Assembly (NCBI GenBank): GCA_903884815.1
Contig: CAISGE010000058.1
Location: forward strand, 6,583 to 70,582
DNA length: 64,000 bases
From: Candidatus Omnitrophota bacterium
Lineage (GTDB): Bacteria > Omnitrophota > Omnitrophia > Omnitrophales > Aquincolibacteriaceae
Direction: 5' to 3'
The notes under the pieces: model-generated
Told to the model about the DNA's origin: nothing
The model's input: only the letters and a program-made list of their open reading frames with translations
Databases searched by the model: none
Position numbers and translations under genes: made by a program
Shown: positions 49,201 through 52,883 of the stretch, piece by piece
Numbering within the stretch: position 1 is the stretch's first letter
How the letters are laid out: every line of letters begins with the position of its first letter

Positions 49201-52200
49201 ACCGATATGCGGCGAGGTCCATTTTACCTGGTGGCCACGCTCCTGGCGAATACCCGGGTTTTGGTCACGGGCTTTGAATATGACACCATGAACGGGAGGC
49301 GCTCGCGTCTGAGATTGGATCTGACGCATAGCGGCCTGCCTCTCCGCCAAGACATGGAAGAAGGCATTGAGCAGGATCTTAAACGCTATCTGGGAATGGA
49401 ATTTGTCCGCGTGAAGGGGGATGAGATTGTCCCGGTAAAACGCTCCGAAGGGCGGTTGGAGTTTTGGTCCTTTGGGGATTATGAGAAGGCGTTAAAGGGG
49501 ATCCCGGTTGCGAACCGAAAAGCATTCGACGATTTTCATAATGAAGTGACCAGATTTCTTGGATCGCATGGGGAATATGTGACTCAGGCGAATCTGAATC
49601 GCGTGATCGGGATCGTCCGGGACCCAGATCAACCCGAAATTGTCCGCTATACCGCCGCCAGGCTTCTGCGCCATTTTCCGAAGTTTGATTCGTCACTCGT
49701 CAATGAAAAGAATCGAAAGAATGCCTCCGGGCTTTTGAGTGATCGCGATTCCTTAGGTCTGGCAGGCAGTAGTTATCGCTTTGAAATGGAATTTAATGCT
49801 TTTCTGCTTCAGTCCGGGGGAACCATTGACGGGGGATGGCTGCTAGGAGGCGGCGTTTCGGCGCCATCGGCGCCCGTTTCTAATACTGCAAGCCTTCCCG
49901 GAAAGCGCACTGAGATGCGAAAAGACTTCGATCAGGCGGCTTTGGATGAATTCCTGAGTGCGTTGAACTATACGCTTACCGGCAATATTCGGCTTAGAAA
50001 ACGTGCGACGGTGAGCTCCTCCATTGTTGTTTCTCCGTCCACTCTGCGGTTTCCAAACCCTGCTGAAGTTAATATGACCGTCAGCATTAAAGAATCCGGC
50101 GAGGGCGCGATCCTTCCTCAGGCGGAGAAGGAATATTTCAGGGACTATTTGAATTCAACCTTCCGCCGTTCCTATGTGGAGGCCTTCGCGTTAGATGGAT
50201 ATGCTCAGTACACATTGTCCTCTTATGATCTCTCGGAAACGGATCAGTCCGTTCAGGTGAAGATTAAATTTCAGCTTCGCGCCGGTCCAGTTCATGAGCC
50301 TCGTACTGATTCGGGGGAGGCCGATGTCCTGCGTTTCGAGGCGCGAGCAGCGACAATGGATGCATTGAAAGACATGCTTCACGAACCCGAAAGGATGCCG
50401 GGGTGGAATTGGGTGGGCCGTGGCAAGGTCCAGCGCTTCATTAAAGTGGGCCCCTCGGTGGGGATCGTCCGTGTGACGGAAGACTCCTGGGGAATCGATA
50501 TCAGCGAGCCGGCGCGTGGCGCTGACCGGTTGACGATTACCTGGAGTGAAGAGGAAGGGTTGTGTGTCGGGCGTCAAGAGATCAAAGGCTTTCGTGGCAA
50601 AGGGAAAAGCCCGCTCGTGAGCTTCTCGTACGCAGAAAACGACACGTACCCACAGGACTTCAGTATTGCATTCACGCCGGAAGTTTACACCAAGGACACC
50701 GAAGGGCTTCTCCCGGAGGATAACCACGCGTCCACCACCCGGGGAGTGGGGCCTATGGGTTACACCTTTAAAGGCCGATCCGAGCACCGGCATTTTCCGG
50801 AAGCCGTGGCCGTTGATGACGAAAAAGCCGCAGAGATCGCGGCTGTGGTGGCGACGTATTTTCCTCCTGAGCTTCCTAAAGTCAAGGTCCTCACAAAACA
50901 GAACGCGAGTCAGTATCTGAGATACTTTTCAACGCTGGTCATTCGGATCAGGTCTTCAGGCATTCTGGATGCCTTGCCCGACCAGATATGGGTAAAAGAC
51001 ACGGGCGATTTGCTGCCGCGAATGATCGAGAAAAAGACCTGGTTTAACCGGCATGAGTTCGGGAATTTCGCGACAGTGGTCGGCGCAGTTAGTAGCGCTG
51101 AGACGGATTATCCGAGCGTCGCGGAATACCTGGCGGAGGTCGAGCTGAAGAAAAAAAGACCGGAAGAGATCCGTAAGGCCCGTGATAGTTACGATCTCGG
51201 GAGGATCCGGAATGCGGATGAGGTGCTGGGTATTTTTGCGGAGCTGTGCCGGGACCATTTTGACTTGTTCGAAGATAAGTGGAAGGAAACGAAAGCGGAC
51301 GGTAGTCTTAAATATGAAGCTACGGAGGACTCGCCGATCCCTTATCAATGGATCGTTCCGTACATGGTCCACAGATCTTTTGGCAAGGGGGGGAGGGAAA
51401 TCCGGGAAGCGGTCTTCAGAGAAGCGGTCAGGCGTACTGAAAAAATCTGGCCTCAGGTTCGAAAGTACACCCAGAAGATCTTTACCGAGATCCAGGCTGA
51501 ATGGGACGATGCCGTGCTCCGGCTGGATTTGCCTGCAGCTGCGCCAGTCGAGACGGCGCCAGTGCAACCTGTGCCGGAACTCGTCCAGGGCGATCTTTTC
51601 CGTGGAGAGCTTCGCGGCTCGACCGCGCAGGTCAAGACAGCGCTTGAAAAGTTATTTGATCGGAGCGAGAAACGGAACCTCGTTCCGGAGTGGGTGCCCC
51701 AAGAAAATATTCAGGCGATCGAAGGTGCGGCGGCTGAAGCGGATCATTTTTATTCTGTCCCGGGCCTCGAGGTTTTGATGGAGCCGGACCGGCGCTTCGC
51801 GGCGCGGCTATGGATCGCAGATCGGCTGATCAAGGCTTTCGAGACGCAGCAACCCAAGCCGGGCACGATCGAGAATGCGGCGCTGCGAACCGTGATCGAT
51901 TCCTTGAAGCGCTTTCAGCTGACGGGGACGGCGGATTCTGTTCTGGAAACAAAAGGAATCCACGTGTCACTGCCGGTCCTTATGCCGGAACAGTATCAAG
52001 AACTGGCGGAACTCGCGCCTGTCTTTCTCGCGTTTGCCGTTTCACTTAACGCGAAACTTTATTTGAATGTGAAAGGCCAGGATCCGGAAAAACTAAAAAC
52101 CTTATTTCTTTCCGCGGCGACCCGGAACGGTATTGAGGCAAAGGCGTTTCTTGAGATTGTGGCGGTCCGGGGTTCTCAAGCTTTTACGTCCGCAAAGGAG

Positions 52201-52464
52201 GGAAGGAAGAGGGACGCATTACTTGCAAGTCAGGTGGGGGACCTTCCCGAACAGGACAAGGAGGCAACGCTTTGGTTTAATAGTACGGAAGCTTCCCGGG
52301 ATATGAAGGTGCTAGCCGCGGAGATCACGGAAGCGCTCTATGCGGCGCTGGATCCGAAGATCCCAAGGAATAAACCGACAAATATCGCGGAGCATTTCGG
52401 AGAACTTACAACAGCGATCATGAATGCCATCCAGGCTTCTCTCAAGATACTCGTGGCTGCGTAA
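31249..52464 (+). CDS. Giant modular protein B (7,071 aa), paralogous architecture to protein A
   Basis: Uninterrupted 21 kb ORF; signal peptide; N-domain homologous to A (LPAEIG, LLQDAH, VAVEG, GEITG, GVEN..LY, RDSVL, ITGGFH); RxExR-delimited modules; ends in AA. Confidence 0.95.
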   Translation: MTQSELFSQFWKRSVSLGVALSFLVTSVITNPGVGYGQTAGIDFARIFSAPVDRMAGLAGLPAEIGSVVETSIRQTLDHRPQTTEKNASPADRGPRTEDSLVILLQDAHANPTAQENIRQILRYLSGKYKNMTVAVEGSSGQLRPDYFDVIKNHPKAGEAILRDLSAKGEITGAELFAFEEAKKYAVRGTAYGENESGGRLTEYGVKDLNPVRGTPSAVRVMGVENTALYREDLELFRSVQKDFPSITKALLPVHAALDQEASRVLSPELRDFLKERERRKNGKFTASQTAGDPNIAAYSNYLAKQSNKVLAIDLSDAFEQLRYPNLMRLLALQKDKEITDPEAVTAAWEKFMIDLGNKISQEKEFLSALRYFAVTNGLVQSKRPAGELPFLYSKELLPRKLLEYLYHLKTSAGIRMEDYPVVLKSFRSLILRCEIDAAGLFEEMDSLEGLITAKLAVSDAEKALVKRFAFLERLEKALRLELDRKEYRALVAEKASLQEFTKASDLLAASLDRALKFYELAEKRDSVLLENALELEAEGVRRTADDGKSGLAPSALHLPLSEVIVLITGGFHTDGIKAILEEKGIQHAVVMPRITSTDHGEAYLKTMNGSNSDLSAYFNVANPFRTKQQAIIFKGIIENAAPSLVQDENLSVSQAANLVQDALTNHPLLANALRAEFAPVILSGAKDLSRDSSAGEPQNDELIHTLIITPVQFRPTLSGNSAIPAELLFSPDYESTVSTAPFSAAEVTMMPAGNIVRPVALSSKKVSLKSTRAETRSFKKADRSEKRDEPWFRAKRPLRDGAIAAAMIGASILLVLAHPGWYFVVRNGLGQLVGHLASSLLDKKFNLQRYFRAAAFGAGWALIIPLYAFWIPTLRIAPVAGAQLDLFGFAQIGVLAGFTILGEIFLPARDGEGTLGRFWRTLKFQTKNIIYAEGGFFIKQITYWTALSGLYYASVISFPAFSQLIVIAAMIFALPQALESVLTDQVKIGEVPARGKWQGLFLKYWPWFPAVFVLMSGLFNIIPLTSAVFLFGSAVVSHHLAKLVVVLKEKVFPHDEEPVLGAGNPAVAPEGMNLHYDASKKVWKGSEITWPSDAGKALRVHGLSWKRDREDPIQKVIAGLPPVNYWDPVSGEIQTEEAAIFFRRYRTRATWVVPEEEREAAFRLAALSGEEFRRDAVVRAAISSFRAYLPVRGVNELDRLLADLQDPAKVREVLTAPFMAEDMTRQLLFQAQKFGLGPIKSEAKNLKKYVLARLVLQEILHRLSLSDDLLPDASSLRRSGLNLTYNPEQDEQRSYIEARRESCLADLHELAHDLMLHSGTFTFAARVNVSGIEADYGPALAEELRSKINLIDDLEIPAEPLTAEMLQTAQESYRTFLVTLGEMREIMVRHQRSTGPDAPAESFSYQNLMDSLTHYESLIQEAMFPAIDHWLENLRTQEASQAAAKRNSEVKRLQLLPGFLAPGASSSAAQGGKRAETRRKPKDGLRGPKENLNSGIVRRLPVWVVGSLFGAMEGLYWLLNQAIFNLYAFIQLPYEDYTATIAYLVGPVIEEIKDRLILFKYGFMPRMSSTAAVLSSSAVFSVLHVLTYWAEDPILFAPRLIASFVAGVSLAASYRISGTLLVPIALHMIHNAKVDASNPLLWVWDALFMMISVFYVFREAFTPALQKQLVSPKVPTWRKLLVIRLLGATETKEAETALENFIAAKPSPSPDLSKAARRAIDQMNPRSLQASEKKNPVGRAETRIRGVIEGIQAMGDVRALAYLSSAIEGVQTLNDIQDPEVMDALKNAFQTGEIGEIENQVQKVRWWKIGTKNSFWKCARTIRDKLNELLNPQWSRFMLAVDQIDRKDVCQLVYKIMSGTDEPSFSSAEQALLESHHAIIDVFRDYPRLARLLGNLPPGLIIPEALSRRLNEVFNRLRSKELEFNFQRMRATFDAMLAAGRVIDGIDREPTLGFVIRIVRGEVNAGDILSHNERESLAEIEMLTGAAGLAEVIAAIGTDPTLIQKVEMRRSLLRMNQEIDRTMRELQTKFEHATGPEQERLRLLLEVAAKLGENKRQFLEELGEGKTNQFRTEMRSTLKFLVASAVDGMIWVGTLISFKRHYEAGVSNPPAVATAPSFRPASFDDPIYVVPSEKALRSKDILTQFIGDPRGVARIREMDEIVRREFAKEAGSLDAYIQFAKSGEERPLVVQQALWLASKMDPVWLKWLKERNTSIYSTDTPDYGYTRGSRFSGYFGEPRIRVSNEIKSPTQLAIVLAGHEGKHANRLPRDLRGAIWNSHIMLENLFRITKLNTEEVAAFNSARIFTNALLNVTPEPPNIGFNDASKLTYSYRDAGWAFALDGIITVGWYAVGLTFWGIGLRSMIRKDRQRAEWKKYGRYGPRPGQTHTRSGYGRAENRNTAGSVDGPVDWTPGLNLAILEYFGPRWLPVENRTSENLKNRQRIARLIIATSLNKRDYLTDDFEFVAPREVVVAEMEGFLDHMHANMRPLIAGLEDQYGAIADELERIVTASRPDVRDPEHAGFLLRSPGEFDLPARVETLTDAATGAREPEVGISGTSENTGNDRAETPKTEEERIDFQDLGNVLTAFFSPERVEGYFDRYDIIRIISAFVMSLGSFYYMDKSNIAAVVAMATLWNVLILIRSIITESVPPLLKKKGWSFSQMRWAKFTAQMFSSDISIITLVFSMFVNNHILSFFDMAKTSPGGLVVSGFVIGTMNGLHDAFFRVIQGDSRRTVILDFFRDYVMYTVPMLFVNILPFLSKPFFYSVFAKVIGETWAGMAEWQSESYLPVVAGATMEEMRKMLRQLPRWRWDDGDKPPCQRSLTLEDTTMIVRVSNKDEEGWAIQFRKIAEEGNEMLTLTWRPNEGLRVGRKIVEGLDPSKNPLASFSYGDDPEKPRNLRLVFSNGQGFTISQVSSAPRESGPAGFILENFLLSEVQLAVERAEVRDGVGSGAEIDRTGMRLTPRTLLASNGLMSAVAKHLAALPETDLNGILKTQGVKFPTGVRGRLLDTFQESGFKQALLGEFSRTMMAGGVVLVEADAGSLRRLTKNDKEFELVWTGEDGKIHVLERFYEYLNQITNEKERISVAAALFARQIAARLFLRILSQEDPQANTNPVLAPKILLSARAVEDFVFNSAPQKLEESQVDLRARGFIHQQMWERHEPMARHAAPRIDWGPNERRMKGLLNRLELMRDKLVTAGKVTPADRKEIDDIDASFTLTLSKKTADEIARKVRAATAVEIEAQRERLLRAYGVMQGRIVAAAKNLEERIISEKAYQETTSKANAQANGILNRLIKADLALIRAQLEMRVSFRNSLNDLINHFEEKVHELQWRSVHDQAQNEIKEVFVRGAASDDYLKVRMLKDVIDRQRRTGVTEHKESRWNHEETYYLATIKQLVVALADEEAAVTVNPKARRAWLLSYLRMRKVDFGGKADDAVMLDDIAAAIYLRQDIADAVMNKVGKWAHSRPAAGLDDAALRERELIAELIPEPDDVRPVERLKRIRYANLFNFLRSRDHVLETYDREERNAWQAIGFWNDIAYQLRNAKSDAMTASRLRNIRWDLAPIEEWVAHARVDEKTRIRELVAKARDNVKLGQFDIVLDAAAEAQTILQNDFIERIRRMSRYVGQHKQSIMAELDTGMKLIRSGIRENRRRDFGKALTRFRNFKARYLDGAKSTSEEPGYIRAKKNLTMAIAELAAAHQLNYVPAEDRLLIILKCLYRVWYGVEHKYETIPEMGPEADEIEAEVTARARQDLALRAEMRKVEFLGADHPIVRDLSAATTGAEVRKILPRLIPEAAERKAYLAFRVISRNAEKDEALEALGFWTDVSRSDAIDAFEASIPQKLGKPGSIKGIVCYPGNRTVAIEFRNGDSVVLGVKSGFYGSTKFENNIRGNPSASDIAAFPKILQGYLQNGNLTVRGVKADLPLEYLLPTTIQVEKLAQSLPDLEGVVVSDSAYQQYKEVQQKAAAAKEAKRVRDAIQAESAKAAEKVKLKDAEEKRLAKVALEQAQRAKWKTWIARWSLRVGVSVGLGIGCLVGYKILDLLKLDRQSRAARIIKQDVTSLDTDLVEYFGYYPSLEIPFQKNLARYEEALSHASLSQAEAMEKATGDYDLAAALAGIEKQQQALAAIPSDVFDWRAGYRQYLNLVYDLATKDIERRWKAAVKAGILAEADHRSLSVSLRELVKNSIQAEIGIAESQKLPVRPIAFMAGLLQRPHPIVEQLQHLKLKNDRPEKDLTVIASASVTLPYSLYARMVKYAVHQGGTAAVFLDATPFPGKPEILTMINPGGNTIDGKITGGNITVWYRGKPVGSAQASRRNFDIEGQKIHLLSAEGQPVRTIDVSKFPGLPRNELRVAVPAQASGRIWRLGMADVRSLPGAKTVDRLKNLEDTEARSLYTNLPEMLLSDDGKLEIAEESFNRGMEILQEKIRRLNATIKLIERNEPGSDLKDILGTHRDALVELDKILQKDPQAIVQRMANENIRFSVVFLEEGILKDGRRVNYGSEIVLGKLRKGLAMAQTMLAQAIEGLELNAFVEKVLGLPRREQSDFMAKSDELKRLDEDVAETVKAAIIQVSMFRKNVSDAEEFDAVMKEILVKIQTEGTPEDSEADGHAKFLDYMLFPEQVPSPEQYLAERRAHGKLLKAVVLVGEGLNATGHLAIVIGSDNEPPILVSITPENMKEVKKAIAESGAGGQVPILIRPAEAGSERSVKEEGAAGVAIELIVNPSADELAEYRRQEWIQSLWPKALARFSRGITHSVKLNMLPGQESDPDHDVGLYRTEIMTAERLQIYFDLFKIKTAELNDPKGGRDVGANLKDALWRRLYEDMEDEMRHIAEDPTLAGKRFRMRPEDRRSDKNSEYYVEMEMNGIPNDAEGQDHYRTPLGRIELTFRLMATLTAEAMAAKSGKPHAKFEVIYPGVRGPEDLDFIENEILPEARKFAAQRVAELSGETVEASARAIAAAEANIRFGMMIELSEAAVENRQALLTRPGYLDFSVGSNDLETSLADKASQAKGGPRITRDSPEISQAKGIIGEDMREIVTGWASDIDRMNREAAPGQEKTLSICGEKAADKEGRNFFGPFFNDLVQRFPRANLSRSMSVGSIPYTATLENLLRMPQYSGIGSVYSQPRQTELPLETGATEEAPEVEAGREVEALMQNLRPVMLVLEQYQSRYEREGFYDALHLLKINMRDGIGGLAEFQYLDRMLTAVSKEDKKPSADELYVDPDQRMNAAGLRTLLKKLKTHVKSGSISAEDIDLLEEAFKFMTSLQESFETASKKDPELFGHSLNLHNMEEFLKVYPLASGDPTRQAYDLISQYQAYAEKVFTITARFLFTVSQEKFPPEIASEKDLGVAMSDQSGKVFFMEQERKGISFYLGEGFVYGIGRYLEVKNARAWLEANPERLLEIFRVAAQRGLRISQSTQQAIEGFLASQGPIVPDEVQRAWMKDFDHILKSPGNAEYALIRMARLGVLSTLFPESVASRGVRAREGNHFDLFSDALRNWEMLGALPSQKNPVYSLAQETLHQEGTSPTGLSDLRLAFFLPSLTRGWDLNSSPASRLALVRSVLRPYANATEMKLKDFVGWTARLVRLLDKQASLLQHDFLTDAEVSRALEHLTKGMERSDMELLRQIYLMAFVARAGLPDSVDRGMGERQGLDSPLADLDTMSLAAQLLIAEEPVRAAASARIAEAEAVARQQMRDVAVESGSARLQAFERIRSGVLSDLANTGAMSRTLNAYLKVNRVLPDFRKKAVENVDLKIKKKLGVLADGTLDRDVATAFFDRYAQRVSKYYVASVDEATVIQDLLMLAHLESVHEEEGLEPAVSFRALPHHHQQAFEITFGFPMASPSALAVFLGILANRGFSITNGRLYPSGDENAPVIMKFSGVFEQGHVDAQAMRMQIATDVQSILEPETLPKKRATFFGRARDILSVFFLGERKNRFNRLADRFPEGFTVQSLKAEWEKAETQVERLPRDPSKNFTTFVISTDMRRGPFYLVATLLANTRVLVTGFEYDTMNGRRSRLRLDLTHSGLPLRQDMEEGIEQDLKRYLGMEFVRVKGDEIVPVKRSEGRLEFWSFGDYEKALKGIPVANRKAFDDFHNEVTRFLGSHGEYVTQANLNRVIGIVRDPDQPEIVRYTAARLLRHFPKFDSSLVNEKNRKNASGLLSDRDSLGLAGSSYRFEMEFNAFLLQSGGTIDGGWLLGGGVSAPSAPVSNTASLPGKRTEMRKDFDQAALDEFLSALNYTLTGNIRLRKRATVSSSIVVSPSTLRFPNPAEVNMTVSIKESGEGAILPQAEKEYFRDYLNSTFRRSYVEAFALDGYAQYTLSSYDLSETDQSVQVKIKFQLRAGPVHEPRTDSGEADVLRFEARAATMDALKDMLHEPERMPGWNWVGRGKVQRFIKVGPSVGIVRVTEDSWGIDISEPARGADRLTITWSEEEGLCVGRQEIKGFRGKGKSPLVSFSYAENDTYPQDFSIAFTPEVYTKDTEGLLPEDNHASTTRGVGPMGYTFKGRSEHRHFPEAVAVDDEKAAEIAAVVATYFPPELPKVKVLTKQNASQYLRYFSTLVIRIRSSGILDALPDQIWVKDTGDLLPRMIEKKTWFNRHEFGNFATVVGAVSSAETDYPSVAEYLAEVELKKKRPEEIRKARDSYDLGRIRNADEVLGIFAELCRDHFDLFEDKWKETKADGSLKYEATEDSPIPYQWIVPYMVHRSFGKGGREIREAVFREAVRRTEKIWPQVRKYTQKIFTEIQAEWDDAVLRLDLPAAAPVETAPVQPVPELVQGDLFRGELRGSTAQVKTALEKLFDRSEKRNLVPEWVPQENIQAIEGAAAEADHFYSVPGLEVLMEPDRRFAARLWIADRLIKAFETQQPKPGTIENAALRTVIDSLKRFQLTGTADSVLETKGIHVSLPVLMPEQYQELAELAPVFLAFAVSLNAKLYLNVKGQDPEKLKTLFLSAATRNGIEAKAFLEIVAVRGSQAFTSAKEGRKRDALLASQVGDLPEQDKEATLWFNSTEASRDMKVLAAEITEALYAALDPKIPRNKPTNIAEHFGELTTAIMNAIQASLKILVAA
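31799..31910. repeat. Inverted pair of heptamer arrays (CGTACGG)n...(CCGTACG)n, in frame
   Basis: agtacgc-agtacgg-ggtacgg-cgtacgg ... ccgtacg-cggtacg-ccttccg-ccgtacg. Similar arrays occur at 31471-31546 and 32861-32935. Confidence 0.75.
33289..33351. mobile_element. 63-bp REP-like palindromic element inserted in frame (VILSGAKDLSRDSSAGEPQND)
   Basis: Terminal IR gtcatcctgag...ctcagaatgac with internal gaaggatct/agattcttc; length is 21 codons; absent from the paralog. Confidence 0.75.
35686..36465 (+). other. Module: CPBP/Abi (CAAX-type) intramembrane glutamic protease
   Basis: GPVIEEIKDR (EExxxR), FSVLH, IALHMIHN, multiple TM helices. Confidence 0.85.
44311..46600 (+). other. PTS Enzyme I-like domain, divergent
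   Basis: TGHLAIV (phospho-His), VGLYRTE, FGMMIE, DFSVGSNDL, SICGE. Confidence 0.8.
46700..49440 (+). other. GlnD-like region (substrate-binding/HD-like/ACT-like), degenerate
   Basis: INMRDGIGGLAEFQ (cf. KxxxGGLRD), PERLLEIFRVAAQ, LIRMARLGVL..LFPE, and two C-terminal ACT-like segments. Confidence 0.6.
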
Positions 52465-52611
52465 TCGCTAAACCCTTCAATCTCGTCCTTGTTGTTTAAT
52501 TCAGATTCAGGATGACCCAAAAAGCAGCTCGCTGATGTCCAGTTTAAAAAAGTTCGAATAATCTAGCGTCGGGTAAAAGGGCTAAGCTTTATACTTATTC
52601 ATGGTTTCCGC

Positions 52612-52639
52612 TTGGAATTTTTGCTGGAATCGGTATAAT
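52612..52639 (+). promoter_or_regulatory. Putative sigma70 promoter upstream of tRNA-Glu
   Basis: TTGGAA-16 nt-TATAAT (52634-52639). Confidence 0.45.
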
Positions 52640-52805
52640 CCTCGCCTCGTGCTGGAACGAACGTCAAAGTTCGTTCTGGACACGTACCTGCGCATTAGGC
52701 GAAGGTACCACAGTTTTCGTGTCCCCATCGCACTTGCGCTTGTTGCGCAAGTACGGCTCTTCAGGAAATAGGACTTTCCTGTACGAAGGGGATAAAACAA
52801 AATAC

Positions 52806-52883
52806 GTCCCCATCGTCTAGGTTGGTCTAGGACACCAGGTTTTCATCCTGGTAACAGGGGTTCAAATCCCCTTGGGGACGCCA
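52806..52883 (+). tRNA. tRNA-Glu (anticodon UUC), CCA encoded
   Basis: Acceptor GTCCCCA/TGGGGAC, anticodon arm CCAGG-TTTTCAT-CCTGG, T-loop GGTTCAAATCC, 3' GCCA. Confidence 0.95.

Noticed and set aside
4558-51675. RxExR sites as integron attC-like or site-specific DNA recombination sites (CGCGCCGAGACGCG is quasi-palindromic)
   Set aside because: Synonymous variation breaks the DNA consensus, there is no GTTRRRY/RYYYAAC structure, and no integron integrase is present. Protein-level selection fits better, although linker homology may still aid shuffling.
1882-52464. Giant ORFs as artefacts of mis-assembly or stop-codon reassignment
   Set aside because: No internal stops under the standard code, neighbouring genes use TAA, TGA and TAG normally, and both genes share the same ordered architecture with in-frame linkers. 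Long reads would settle it.
1882-52464. MARTX/RTX toxin, NRPS/PKS, adhesin or intein-containing protein
   Set aside because: I saw no GGxGxD repeats, cysteine protease domain, A/C/KS domains, Ig/cadherin repeats or intein C...HN-[CST] ends.
52582-52800. 72-aa minus-strand ORF
   Set aside because: It overlaps the tRNA promoter and structured leader and shows no protein features.
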